DNA from: an uncultured Candidatus Poseidoniales archaeon
GTDB lineage: Archaea; Thermoplasmatota; Poseidoniia; Poseidoniales; Poseidoniaceae
NCBI GenBank assembly: GCA_964013535.1
Contig: CAXGWS010000002.1
Location: 42,509 to 106,508 of the forward strand
DNA length: 64,000 bases
Direction of reading: 5' to 3'
The translations under genes and the position numbers were made by a program. Below are positions 44,892-54,295 of the stretch, piece after piece. Below the pieces are notes generated by a model. That model made no database searches and was not told where the DNA came from. It was given only the letters and a program-made list of their open reading frames with translations. Position 1 is the first letter of the stretch, and each line of letters begins with the position of its first letter.

Positions 44892-46721
44892 ATGCCGGTT
44901 TCTGAAGTGGATGCTGAGTTAGACTCAGTGGGACCATATAACCGATTATCGGCAAGTCAAGTAAACTCCTACAGAGCATGCAAGAGAATGTGGTTTTATG
45001 AGAAAGTTTTGAAATTTAAAATTCGGCAAATTCCGGTACTATACGTTGGTAGGGCCGTGGAAGACGCCATTTGCAAAACCCTCAAAGAATCTCCGCTGTT
45101 GTTATTGTCAAATGCCTCAGAACATACTTTAGCAAAAATTCCATTGAATGATGACGGAAAACCATCAAGAAATGAAGGTAATACTTGGCCAGCAAATAGG
45201 ATAATCCCCTTGGAAGAATCACAAGTACCAAAATCATTTGAAGCGATTCATAAATGGGCTAAACAACGGGTTGAAGCACATTTGAAAACCTCATTATCAG
45301 TTGTTAGGAAAGACTGGGAAAGACAGGAAAGGAAGTCTGGAGACTGGTCCGAAGTTGATTTTGACTATTGTTTGCAAATGTGTATCAATGCTCTGAATTT
45401 TCATATGGCAGAGGTTGAACGATGCTACGCAAATATAGACCAACAGACCTTGACGAATTGGCGTAACGGTAAGCGCGAATATTGGCCTTCACCCGATGGT
45501 TTTGGATTTCAATTACCCGGTAAACACCCTTTGGCTGCTCGAGGAGAAATAACTGTATGCGAAGCTTGGGAAATTGCTCGTCCGTGGTTTGTCGAGCCGG
45601 AGGCGGGCCAATTTAGCATGAATGCAATACATCCTGATTACTGGTTCCAAGGCGAATATGATCTAGTTTATCGGTGGGATGGTAATATCAAAATCGTTGA
45701 TATTAAAGCAAGTAAAGGAATTGGCGACCGGTCTGGTGACTATATCGAACAGCTTAGAATGTATGCTATGTTATGGTGGGTTACACATGATAAGACACAG
45801 TTAGTATCCGACTTAGAAATTTGGTACCTGGGGGCGAATGTGGTGAAACCAATCCCAATTCCAACTGAATCTGAAATGTCTGTTTTAGAGGAAGAATTAG
45901 GTGCCTTGTGGAATGAGATAAAGAATCAAAAAATCTCTATAGAAAACTGTCCTGCACAACCTTCTGCAGTAAGGGGTTTTACTGAGGGAGGTGTTGCAGT
46001 AAATCCTCCAAAAGATCAAGTCCGCTGTGATAGATGTGACTGGACCAAATTCTGTGCTGGAGGCCAAGGTGATGAGTATCGTGAAGCAATGGAAGAGTAT
46101 TCCTTACCAGGGCTACTAACTCCGATAAGACCTGTTTCATTCCAGGATTTAAATGTCAGATTCAGTTTGGCGGCCACCGTAGATTCGGTGAATTACCGAG
46201 AAGATAACTTCCCCGAAATTAAAATCATTCAAAATGGCTATCGTGCAAGCATCGACATAAAGGTTGGGAAGAATCAAGATGGTTCCCAAACTTATCCCGA
46301 AGGGTTGACAAAAAATGACACAATATATCTTCATAATGTGATAATTAACTCCAACTTTCGCGGTGAATTAGTCGCCAAAGTAGACCCGTTGGCAAAAATA
46401 ACCAATTCAGCGAAAGGCTCTGACTGCTCGGATAAATTGCTTGATTTTAGAGCTAGGTGGGATATTGTTGGAAAACTAGCGTACAAGTTTAATCGTTCAG
46501 GAATTGGTAGAAATGGGCGAGAATGGCATCGTAAAGGCATGGTAATTTTCGACAAGAATCGTTCAATAAAAATTTCAGGGTGGTCAAATGATTGGGGGCA
46601 TCAGTATGATATGGCAGATGAGGGAGATTACGTACTGTTATCTAACATTGAACTTGATGCATGGGCTGACCAGTTGCGTGGGCAGATAGGGAGGAATTCT
46701 CGAATGGATGTGGTAAACTAA
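44892..46721 (+). CDS. RecB/AddB/Cas4-like PD-(D/E)XK nuclease fused to C-terminal OB folds (paralog B)
   Basis: LSASQV..Y.AC, GEYDLV, VDIKAS, QLRMY, CDRCDWTKFC; C-terminal OB-like DIVGKL...GMVIFDKN.SIKISGW...EGDYVLLSN. Confidence 0.8.
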   Translation: MPVSEVDAELDSVGPYNRLSASQVNSYRACKRMWFYEKVLKFKIRQIPVLYVGRAVEDAICKTLKESPLLLLSNASEHTLAKIPLNDDGKPSRNEGNTWPANRIIPLEESQVPKSFEAIHKWAKQRVEAHLKTSLSVVRKDWERQERKSGDWSEVDFDYCLQMCINALNFHMAEVERCYANIDQQTLTNWRNGKREYWPSPDGFGFQLPGKHPLAARGEITVCEAWEIARPWFVEPEAGQFSMNAIHPDYWFQGEYDLVYRWDGNIKIVDIKASKGIGDRSGDYIEQLRMYAMLWWVTHDKTQLVSDLEIWYLGANVVKPIPIPTESEMSVLEEELGALWNEIKNQKISIENCPAQPSAVRGFTEGGVAVNPPKDQVRCDRCDWTKFCAGGQGDEYREAMEEYSLPGLLTPIRPVSFQDLNVRFSLAATVDSVNYREDNFPEIKIIQNGYRASIDIKVGKNQDGSQTYPEGLTKNDTIYLHNVIINSNFRGELVAKVDPLAKITNSAKGSDCSDKLLDFRARWDIVGKLAYKFNRSGIGRNGREWHRKGMVIFDKNRSIKISGWSNDWGHQYDMADEGDYVLLSNIELDAWADQLRGQIGRNSRMDVVN

Positions 46722-46922
46722 TCATCCACCAGATGAGACCGTTGTAACCAATAATTCAATGTCATTTTTGATTATCGTTGATAGTGGTATGATTTGATCT
46801 TCAAAACTTACCACAACAGTAGATGGCATAATGTCACATTTTACTAATGCGTCGCGTAATTTTATTTGGTCCTTAAACTCAAGATTCTTCTCATGATCAC
46901 GGCCATGGAATCGAATCAGCAT
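46722..46922 (-). CDS. MoaD/ThiS/SAMP family ubiquitin-like protein
   Basis: 66 aa beta-grasp-like sequence ending VSSGG. Confidence 0.75.
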   Translation of the reverse strand: MLIRFHGRDHEKNLEFKDQIKLRDALVKCDIMPSTVVVSFEDQIIPLSTIIKNDIELLVTTVSSGG

Positions 46923-46974
46923 ATTTCTCCGTACAGCACCATGCTTATGACTGTGGCGCTAAAGGGAGATTTAG

Positions 46975-47056
46975 GCCGAGATCGCATAGCCCGGTATTGC
47001 GGTGGATTCGAAATCCACTGTCGTAAGACGCGGGGGTTCAAATCCCTCTCTCGGCG
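46975..47056 (+). tRNA. tRNA-Ser (anticodon CGA)
   Basis: Acceptor GCCGAGA/TCTCGGC with discriminator G; anticodon arm GTGGA-TTCGAAA-TCCAC; long variable arm GTCGTAAGAC; T arm GGGGG-TTCAAAT-CCCTC; CCA not encoded. Confidence 0.95.
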
Positions 47057-47058
47057 CC

Positions 47059-47814
47059 TCACATGTAGAATGCGTCATGTGTTTGAGTTAATTCTGCAAC
47101 GAGGTCATCTTGATTGCTTGGTGATATTTCTTTCAATTTCTCAATTAATTTTTTATTAGCATCTTTAGGTATCACTAGATTAAGCCCGAACCAGTGGTCA
47201 ATAGAAGTGAGTAGATTTTGTGAAGCAATAATGTCGCCACTAGAACCAATTGTAGTCGCAATTGCACATGCTGAATTGATTCCATATACCGGGCCGAGTG
47301 ATGAAAGTAATGCTGCCATTCCAATCGCTCCAGAACTGGGCTCATCTCTTCGGACATTTGCTCCACGAGATTCTAAATCTACTCGGTAGGCACTACTGCT
47401 TGGAACAATGAAGATCTCTTTCCTTGCTGCATCATCAACCATTCCAGCTAAAACCACCAATTCGGTTAATTGATTATGCTTCAGCAAATCAAGTATCTCT
47501 CTAGCCATTAGTCCCTGATTATTTGGCTCGAGCGGTTGAGAGGTTCCAGTAATTGTGATTAAGCAATCGCTATCGGAGTATTGGATCATTTTTACTGATA
47601 AATGGGGTGGAGATAACAAGCCGTCTTCGTCTAAAGTTGCCAGTGGAGGCAGTGCGGTATGATGCAATCTAGCAACTTCTTGTGCTTCATTAGTTGAATT
47701 GAGTGCATCGATTGCTGCTTTGCCAATATTACCGACTCCAGGTAGAGAGAATAGACATAGGTTGGCATTATTCAGGTTATCATACCCGTTACGCCACTCA
47801 ATAATCAAACTCAT
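47059..47814 (-). CDS. PAC2 family proteasome assembly chaperone
   Basis: LPGVGNIGK.A motif; conserved position after nop10; C-terminal FYM. Confidence 0.8.
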   Translation of the reverse strand: MSLIIEWRNGYDNLNNANLCLFSLPGVGNIGKAAIDALNSTNEAQEVARLHHTALPPLATLDEDGLLSPPHLSVKMIQYSDSDCLITITGTSQPLEPNNQGLMAREILDLLKHNQLTELVVLAGMVDDAARKEIFIVPSSSAYRVDLESRGANVRRDEPSSGAIGMAALLSSLGPVYGINSACAIATTIGSSGDIIASQNLLTSIDHWFGLNLVIPKDANKKLIEKLKEISPSNQDDLVAELTQTHDAFYM

Positions 47815-47901
47815 ACTAACTTAATCATTCAATCAGCAGTATAATGTTTGACATAAATCATAAACAAATCTTACGATTTCGCCACCAATGAGTGGATACC
47901 G

Positions 47902-48138
47902 TCACTCTTCTTCTTGATTGACATCTCGAAGTTCGTCAATATTGGCCAACTTAGGTAAAGATTCTAGCCACTCCTCGGACTCGACATTATACATTTTACG
48001 ACGTATGTTTGCTCTTTGGTCTTCAGGCGACCATTTCATCGGTGCTGCTGCATTTGCAGTTCCGTCACAATGGGGACAATCGCGTTGCAAAGTCCATGCA
48101 CTACATTGAGTGCAATACTGCAACAACTGCCTTGCCAT
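47902..48138 (-). CDS. nop10: H/ACA RNP protein Nop10
   Basis: CxxC..WTL...CPxC...P.KWSPED..A.IRR; follows aIF2-alpha. Confidence 0.85.
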   Translation of the reverse strand: MARQLLQYCTQCSAWTLQRDCPHCDGTANAAAPMKWSPEDQRANIRRKMYNVESEEWLESLPKLANIDELRDVNQEEE

Positions 48139-48177
48139 GACTTTGCCTGTAGGTTATTGTTTATGATAAAGTCGGTA

Positions 48178-48963
48178 TTAATCGCGATAACTAGCCGCTT
48201 GTCCACCATTATCTTCCATTGTGGTAACAATTGTGTTGCTCACTTCTACCCACAGATCTTCAGCGGTTTTGAAATCTGGTGCTTTCAATACAATTCTGTA
48301 CTCTGGCGCACCATCATAAAAGCACATGACTGAAATTTCATCTTCTTCGGAGGTGTAATTTTCCGCAGACTGTAAAGCATCTCTAATAACTTCAACACCA
48401 TTCTCAATATTGATAGATAGATTTAGGCTGCCTTTTATTTCGACAAATGGTGGAATAATATTTTCTATTGCGATTTCAATGAATTCTTTTATCCATTCAC
48501 CCTCAAAACCTGCATCAATAATTGAAGACTCATTCATTGCTGCTTCTTCAAAGGATGCGTATAGTGTCCCGAATGCTGAGATTAAATCTTCACTCATAGT
48601 GTTTCTCGTAGATTCGTCCCAGCCGACTTTATCACCTAATACTTTCAGAAGTTGAAATGACCTTTGTTCGTTTTTCCATTCCTGTAGCCTGTCCCTTCGA
48701 CGCTCCTCGGATACAGATTTTAGTGATAGTTCTAAGGAAGAACCATCTTTTTTTGTGCGCATCACTTTACAGATTAATCGTTGTCCATCACGCACAAAGG
48801 TTCTGATGTTTTTTACCCAACCGCTGGCGATTTCTCCGATAAAAATGAAACCCTCTAAACCGGGATATTCGTCAAAATCGACGTAAACTCCGTTTTGTTT
48901 AACATTCTTTACTGTTACAACAACAAGTTCTCCTTCTTCAGGAGTATTGACTTGGTCACTCAT
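48178..48963 (-). CDS. Translation initiation factor aIF2 alpha subunit
   Basis: PEEGELVV, S1 domain (EIASGWVKNIR), LSLK.V, GAPEYRI..APDFKTAE. Confidence 0.95.
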   Translation of the reverse strand: MSDQVNTPEEGELVVVTVKNVKQNGVYVDFDEYPGLEGFIFIGEIASGWVKNIRTFVRDGQRLICKVMRTKKDGSSLELSLKSVSEERRRDRLQEWKNEQRSFQLLKVLGDKVGWDESTRNTMSEDLISAFGTLYASFEEAAMNESSIIDAGFEGEWIKEFIEIAIENIIPPFVEIKGSLNLSINIENGVEVIRDALQSAENYTSEEDEISVMCFYDGAPEYRIVLKAPDFKTAEDLWVEVSNTIVTTMEDNGGQAASYRD

Positions 48964-48978
48964 GGAGGCTCAGCCTCC
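48964..48978 (-). promoter_or_regulatory. Hairpin sequestering the Shine-Dalgarno of aIF2-alpha
   Basis: Minus strand reads TGA-GGAGGC-TGA-GCCTCC-ATG; the whole spacer is an inverted repeat. Confidence 0.5.
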
Positions 48979-49149
48979 TCATTCCATAGCTTCGAGCATC
49001 TTGCAGCCGACGAGTTTGGCTTTTCCACCGGATGGAGCAGTTAGTGTTGCTCCACAAACCGAGCATGAAATTACAGTGGTTGCTCTTGAGTAAATGACTG
49101 ACTCAGATCCACAATCTTTGCATGTTACTTTGATAAATTTTCCAGACAT
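48979..49149 (-). CDS. rps27e: 30S ribosomal protein S27e (missed by ORF track, 56 aa)
   Basis: Translated by hand: MSGKFIKVTCKDCGSESVIYSRATTVISCSVCGATLTAPSGGKAKLVGCKMLEAME; lies between rpl44e and aIF2-alpha. Confidence 0.95.
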   Translation of the reverse strand: MSGKFIKVTCKDCGSESVIYSRATTVISCSVCGATLTAPSGGKAKLVGCKMLEAME

Positions 49150-49158
49150 TTAATCACC

Positions 49159-49443
49159 TCATTTGTCAACTAATTCGAATTTCTTTGCTCTTTGACAGGA
49201 GGCGTAGTGAGCCTTACCAGTCTCAGTGCATCTATACAAGATATTTACTCGTTTGGTGGGTTTCTCTCTGCCGTCCGGTTTTGGCCTTGGGAAACCACGG
49301 TAACCAGCCATAACCTTTCGGAATCTTCTCTGACCCCACTTAAGTTCAGAAGCACGCTTTTTCTTGACGCGCTCGACTGTATGCATCGTGTGCTTACCAG
49401 CCGATGGACTGTAGCGCTTGATTTGACGAGGCATCTTGACCAT
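49159..49443 (-). CDS. rpl44e: 50S ribosomal protein L44e
   Basis: HTMHTVE, SELKWGQRRF, GYRGFPRP, KPTKRV; most zinc-finger cysteines replaced. Confidence 0.93.
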   Translation of the reverse strand: MVKMPRQIKRYSPSAGKHTMHTVERVKKKRASELKWGQRRFRKVMAGYRGFPRPKPDGREKPTKRVNILYRCTETGKAHYASCQRAKKFELVDK

Positions 49444-49574
49444 GGTACCACCTTGAGCATTCGACCCACTAAGGTCGGGTATTTAGAAACTCCGTATGAT
49501 TTTCATTTAGAAAACAGACGACTGAACCAATAATTAGGGGATGAAATAATTAATCCGTTGGCATACCAAGGCTC

Positions 49575-50366
49575 ATGGATGAGGTGCTGAAGGCTGCCGT
49601 CTTCTTTTGGCTGCCTTTCGCCCTGGTTCCCTTTGGCGTTTGGGTAGCACAAATAAAATCGGCAAAAATCACTGATAAACTCGGCTACCTGGTAGCTGTT
49701 GTTGGAGGTATTTTAGTGCTGGCTAGTCCTTGGACTGTGCCCGAATCACCATCAAGTGCGGTAGGGCAATTAATCGGTTTCATAGTTGGCCCGGTAATAT
49801 TGATTCTTTTCGGCTTGTTCAATATTGCATATTCGGGTAATGTCCCCGTGGGGCGACTTTCAACTCGAGACAGATATTTCGGTTTGTTGTCGTTCATACT
49901 TGGAATAATCTGGCTATCACTTATGCATTGGTGGGAACTTACTCCAGTTGTTGATGGTGGTGAAATAAACCCATATTGGTTGGTATTCTTACCAAACTTA
50001 CTGTTATCTCTGACTTGTCTTGCCATGGCGGGTGGCCTTGCGATGATCGCATTCGGTGATTCAAGAACTAACGAATCAAAATATCTTTTTTCGGCCTCTG
50101 CTCTTTCGTTCACTTTCATAATTTGTGCAATGAATTTTGATTCACCAAAACTCGAAGCAATATCATTTAGGGAGTATGTGTGGTTATCTATTGCGGACCT
50201 AATCGGCATTCTAATCGGCGCCGTACTAGCCATACTATCGTTTGCTCTAGTTATTTTCATCTACGAAAAAAGCATACCCTCTCCAGAATCTATTGATGCG
50301 CCAAATGCTGAAGAATTGGCCCATGTGTCCGAGGTTATAACCCAAAATATTGGAGGTGATGAGTGA
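49575..50366 (+). CDS. Hypothetical multi-pass membrane protein
   Basis: About 7 hydrophobic segments. Confidence 0.6.
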   Translation: MDEVLKAAVFFWLPFALVPFGVWVAQIKSAKITDKLGYLVAVVGGILVLASPWTVPESPSSAVGQLIGFIVGPVILILFGLFNIAYSGNVPVGRLSTRDRYFGLLSFILGIIWLSLMHWWELTPVVDGGEINPYWLVFLPNLLLSLTCLAMAGGLAMIAFGDSRTNESKYLFSASALSFTFIICAMNFDSPKLEAISFREYVWLSIADLIGILIGAVLAILSFALVIFIYEKSIPSPESIDAPNAEELAHVSEVITQNIGGDE

Positions 50367-50848
50367 TGGAAAATCAGACAAAACCTTCAGCAAAGGTAGT
50401 TCTTGTTGGTCTACTATTTCCGGTAATATTCATCGTTGCTTTGGATTATTCATTAAACGGTAGCATACCAAATTTCGGTATTGAGGAACTAAATCCAAGA
50501 ATAGCTAATTCAGCCTTGACTGCATTTATTCTATTCTCGACTTTTTTATTGGGCAATATGTTCTTCTATGGCGAGTCTAGAAATCGGCCACTAGCACCAA
50601 TTTTTAGTATGGCTATAGCTGTAATGGTTGGAATCCTTGCAACAATATTCTTCATTAATCAAGGTCCAATGTTGTTAGAAGGTAATGGTTCTGTACGTGC
50701 TCAGTTAGTGTACAATATAGCTCACACTATTGTTTCAATTATCGCCCTGTCTGTATCAGGATTAGTGACTCTTGGTATGATGTTTTCAGCGATAACAAAC
50801 TCCCCTTCCAAAATTGATAATTTCAATTTTGCCGCTGAAGAGGAGTGA
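50363..50848 (+). CDS. Hypothetical membrane protein (about 4 TM)
   Basis: Hydrophobic segments; coupled to the upstream gene with GGAGGTGA SD. Confidence 0.6.
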   Translation: MMENQTKPSAKVVLVGLLFPVIFIVALDYSLNGSIPNFGIEELNPRIANSALTAFILFSTFLLGNMFFYGESRNRPLAPIFSMAIAVMVGILATIFFINQGPMLLEGNGSVRAQLVYNIAHTIVSIIALSVSGLVTLGMMFSAITNSPSKIDNFNFAAEEE

Positions 50849-50907
50849 ATTCTTCTCCGTTTATTTCATAAAGTATTGGTAGGTGGCCGAAACGCTGAGG
50901 TGAGATT

Positions 50908-51087
50908 ATGTCAAAAGGTACACCATCTATGGGCCGTCGTCAAAAGACTACACACATTAGATGTAGAAGATGCGGCAGAAACGCTTACCACAAGCAAAAA
51001 GGCGTATGCGCAGCATGCGGATATGGAGCAACTGCTAAGATGCGCAAGTACAGTTGGTCAAAGAAATCTCATCGCCCCAAGGCCTAA
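50908..51087 (+). CDS. rpl37e: 50S ribosomal protein L37e (missed by ORF track, 59 aa)
   Basis: Translated by hand: [59 protein letters not shown]; GAGGTGA SD. Confidence 0.96.
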   Translation: MSKGTPSMGRRQKTTHIRCRRCGRNAYHKQKGVCAACGYGATAKMRKYSWSKKSHRPKA

Positions 51088-51155
51088 TTATTCACCATGT
51101 TGGAATGAAGAAATCCTTCCAAACAATCATTTGCTAATTGACTTGTGGTGATACT

Positions 51156-52694
51156 GTGTGCGGTATAATTGGTGTAGTCGGTCGACAAGGTTACCATGTC
51201 AACCAACTAATTTACGACGGTTTGACCGTGTTGCAGCATCGTGGCCAAGATGCGGCAGGAATAATGACCGAGTATGATGGACAGTTTAGACTAAGGAAGT
51301 CCAATGGATTGGTTTCAAACATATTTTACACAAGACACATGCAAAGACTCCAAGGCCATATCGGAATTGGTCATGTCCGTTATCCAACTGCAGGTACCTC
51401 TTCAAAAGCAGAATCTCAACCGCTTTACGTTAATTCACCGTATGGCTTGTCCATTGCTCACAATGGTAACTTAACCAATGCAGCTGAATTGAAGAAAATT
51501 CTACAAGACAAGTATTTTCGACACATGAATACCCGTAGCGATTCAGAAATCCTGTTGAACATTCTCGCGGTTGAACTTAACAAATATTCGTCTGACTTAT
51601 CGATTGAAGGCGCCCCACATTTGGATATTGAAACTGTATTTAATGCAATCAATGCCTTGAATTCATATGTCAAAGGCGGTTATGCCTGTGTTTCTATGAT
51701 TTCTGGTTATGGATTGTTGGCTTTTAGAGATCCAAATGGCATAAGACCTCTTATCTTCGGAAAACGAGAATCAGATGATGGTACTGAGTGGATTGTAGGT
51801 AGCGAATCGGTTGCGATTACTGCCTTAGGCTTCGAAGTTGTTAGGGATGTTAAACCAGGTGAGGCGATTTTCATTTCATCATCTGGTCACTTATTCAATA
51901 GAATGTGTGCAGAAGAAACAAGTCACAACCCATGTGTGTTTGAATATGTTTATTTTGCAAGACCTGATTCTGTTATTGATGGAATCTCGGTTTACGAAGC
52001 AAGATTGAATCAAGGTAAAGTGTTAGCAGAGCGTATCATCTCTGAATGGCCGGAAAATGATATTGATGCGGTTATTCCAGTTCCTGACTCAGGCCGGGTA
52101 GCAGCTCTCCAAATGGCCAGCACTCTCGGTGTCCCTTATCGTGAAGGGTTCGTAAAGAACCGTTATGTTGGTCGTACTTTCATTATGCCAGGACAAGCAC
52201 TTAGAGAAAAATCCGTGCGAAGAAAACTGAACACTATTGATAATGAATTCAAGAATAAAAACGTACTTTTAGTTGACGATTCAATAGTCCGTGGTACCAC
52301 CAGTAAACAAATTGTTGAAATGGCTAGAGAAGCGGGCGCGACTAAGGTTTACTTTGCTTCGGCAGCACCACCAGTGAGATTTCCAAACGTCTACGGAATA
52401 GATATGCCCGCAACATCTGAATTTGTAGCCAATGGCAGAACGGTTGAAGAAGTAAATCAGCACATAAAATCTGACAGGCTGTTCTATCAAACAATAGAGG
52501 ACTTAGAAAGATCTACTCACAATAAAGATTCCTCACACATCTCATTTGATTCAAGTTGCTTCACTGGTGTTTACGTAACAGGAGACATCTCTGATGAATA
52601 TTTGGCGCAATTACACGAACAACGTAATGATGGCGCAAAAAATGTTGATGATGAGGATGACGAAATACTCGACATTCACAATGATACCAACTAA
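51156..52694 (+). CDS. purF: Amidophosphoribosyltransferase (E. coli-like type)
   Basis: GTG start giving N-terminal Cys (CGIIG); [44 protein letters not shown]. Confidence 0.96.
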   Translation: MCGIIGVVGRQGYHVNQLIYDGLTVLQHRGQDAAGIMTEYDGQFRLRKSNGLVSNIFYTRHMQRLQGHIGIGHVRYPTAGTSSKAESQPLYVNSPYGLSIAHNGNLTNAAELKKILQDKYFRHMNTRSDSEILLNILAVELNKYSSDLSIEGAPHLDIETVFNAINALNSYVKGGYACVSMISGYGLLAFRDPNGIRPLIFGKRESDDGTEWIVGSESVAITALGFEVVRDVKPGEAIFISSSGHLFNRMCAEETSHNPCVFEYVYFARPDSVIDGISVYEARLNQGKVLAERIISEWPENDIDAVIPVPDSGRVAALQMASTLGVPYREGFVKNRYVGRTFIMPGQALREKSVRRKLNTIDNEFKNKNVLLVDDSIVRGTTSKQIVEMAREAGATKVYFASAAPPVRFPNVYGIDMPATSEFVANGRTVEEVNQHIKSDRLFYQTIEDLERSTHNKDSSHISFDSSCFTGVYVTGDISDEYLAQLHEQRNDGAKNVDDEDDEILDIHNDTN

Positions 52695-52740
52695 AACTTG
52701 TAAAAGTGAAGTTAATGATGTCCAGTATCGAGGGTTCATC

Positions 52741-54294
52741 ATGCTGACACGTGAGGTTCGAGTTGCTTCTCGTCCCCAAGCAACGGTAGTTGCTCTTGCT
52801 GTATCAGCTGACGGTCAATCAATGGCTTGGGGTGAAAATGATGGTACTATTATGGTTGTTAGCAGCGATAAAACCTCAACATCATGCTCTATAGAAGGAA
52901 GCATACGAGGTCTAATTATCATAGATAAATTAGTGATTGTAGCAGATGACGCGTTCGGTTTGACAGCCGTTGACTTGGGCTGTCAAACCGTGTGGGATTG
53001 TGCGATTCCAGCGGGCTTATCATTGATTGAGGAATGTGGCGAATTCATCGCAGCAGTTGACAATTTGGGAAGATTAACAACTATCAGTTATGATGGAAAA
53101 GTGATCAAATCGGACTTAGAGTTCACCTCAGTCATAAAATTACTGAGGTTTAATTTAGGCGTCGTAATTGTTCAAGAAGACGGTTCAGTGTTCTTTTTTG
53201 ACGGCGAAGATGTAGTTTGGAAAAGGCCCTCACGTGGTGAAGTGGGGGAAGCGATAACAGCTATTGGCACCACGGCAAGGAACCACCTTGTCATCGGCAG
53301 AGAAGGATACGCCTTGGTCCCGGGTGAGGAAGAAGCATTAGAAATTGAGGTTTGGGACCTGTCTAACAGTGATTTGCTTATTCGTCAAGAAATAAAAAAT
53401 CGTCTGTTGTGTATTGATTCAAATAACTCACAAACATATCTAGGATTAGACAGCGGGGCAATTCACCAAATCGGGCTAACAAATGGTGCGGAGTACAAAT
53501 TATCAGAGGTAATATTTGATTGTAAATTTCCAATCAAAACCATTGATGTGTTGGATGATGTCGTCCTCGCAGGTTCATGGTTCTATGTTCACGGAGTTAA
53601 TCTGGCAGGGGAAAATTGGATGGTAGAACATCAGGGGATTATTCAATACACTGCTTACTGTAAGTCTGCGAATATTTTCTACTTTGCTGGAGACGATCAA
53701 AATGATTACACAAATCCCGAGCCAATCGGGGTCATCGACTTAGCTTCCCAATTAATCGATATGGACAAATCTGAGTTAACCTCATGGTTTGATTTGGAAC
53801 CTCAACCAGATGTTTTGAGTTCTGAAGAAATCTACTCTGATGACGAAAAACTTGCATCTCTAATCATGGATGATGAAGATAACAAAAAGTTGGTTGGTAA
53901 GCAAGAATTTGCTTCACTACTGTCGGCCTTGGAAGAAGATAGCGATACAGAATCTCATGAAGTAGATGAGTCTAATGATAACTCTCTAGATTTGTTAAAT
54001 GAATTATTGGATGATGTTCAAACAGCGGCTATGCCTATTGCTAATGCGGGAGATGACACCGTATATCATGCCGAGGAAGATGGCAGCTGCATTGTATTAT
54101 TGGACAGCAGTAAGACTACTGGCGACCGAGCAAGAGTTTCGAGTTATTCTTGGATTGATGAAGCAGGGAAAGAAGTTTCAAATCTGCCTAAATTCCGCGC
54201 TAAACTAAATACCGGAATTTATCGTTTTGAGTTGAGAATCTTAGATGATGAAGGGAATTCAACATCAGACTCAGTAAGCATAGAGGTGGTTTGA
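52741..54294 (+). CDS. Beta-propeller (WD40/PQQ-like) protein with acidic linker and C-terminal PKD domain
   Basis: Repeated beta-blade pattern; PIANAGDD...LLDSS...SYSW...YRFELRILDDEG PKD signature. Confidence 0.6.
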   Translation: MLTREVRVASRPQATVVALAVSADGQSMAWGENDGTIMVVSSDKTSTSCSIEGSIRGLIIIDKLVIVADDAFGLTAVDLGCQTVWDCAIPAGLSLIEECGEFIAAVDNLGRLTTISYDGKVIKSDLEFTSVIKLLRFNLGVVIVQEDGSVFFFDGEDVVWKRPSRGEVGEAITAIGTTARNHLVIGREGYALVPGEEEALEIEVWDLSNSDLLIRQEIKNRLLCIDSNNSQTYLGLDSGAIHQIGLTNGAEYKLSEVIFDCKFPIKTIDVLDDVVLAGSWFYVHGVNLAGENWMVEHQGIIQYTAYCKSANIFYFAGDDQNDYTNPEPIGVIDLASQLIDMDKSELTSWFDLEPQPDVLSSEEIYSDDEKLASLIMDDEDNKKLVGKQEFASLLSALEEDSDTESHEVDESNDNSLDLLNELLDDVQTAAMPIANAGDDTVYHAEEDGSCIVLLDSSKTTGDRARVSSYSWIDEAGKEVSNLPKFRAKLNTGIYRFELRILDDEGNSTSDSVSIEVV

Positions 54295-54295
54295 A

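Noticed and set aside
43124-46721. Cas4 / CRISPR adaptation module
   Set aside because: No cas1/cas2 and no repeat-spacer array seen in the window; the proteins are much longer than Cas4 and use the RecB-like DxK motif.
46975-47100. tRNA as an integration site for a mobile element
   Set aside because: No integrase and no duplicated tRNA 3' end noticed; the flanks are housekeeping genes.
50876-51151. 91-aa ORF from the track
   Set aside because: An alternative frame overlapping the real rpl37e gene (50908-51087).
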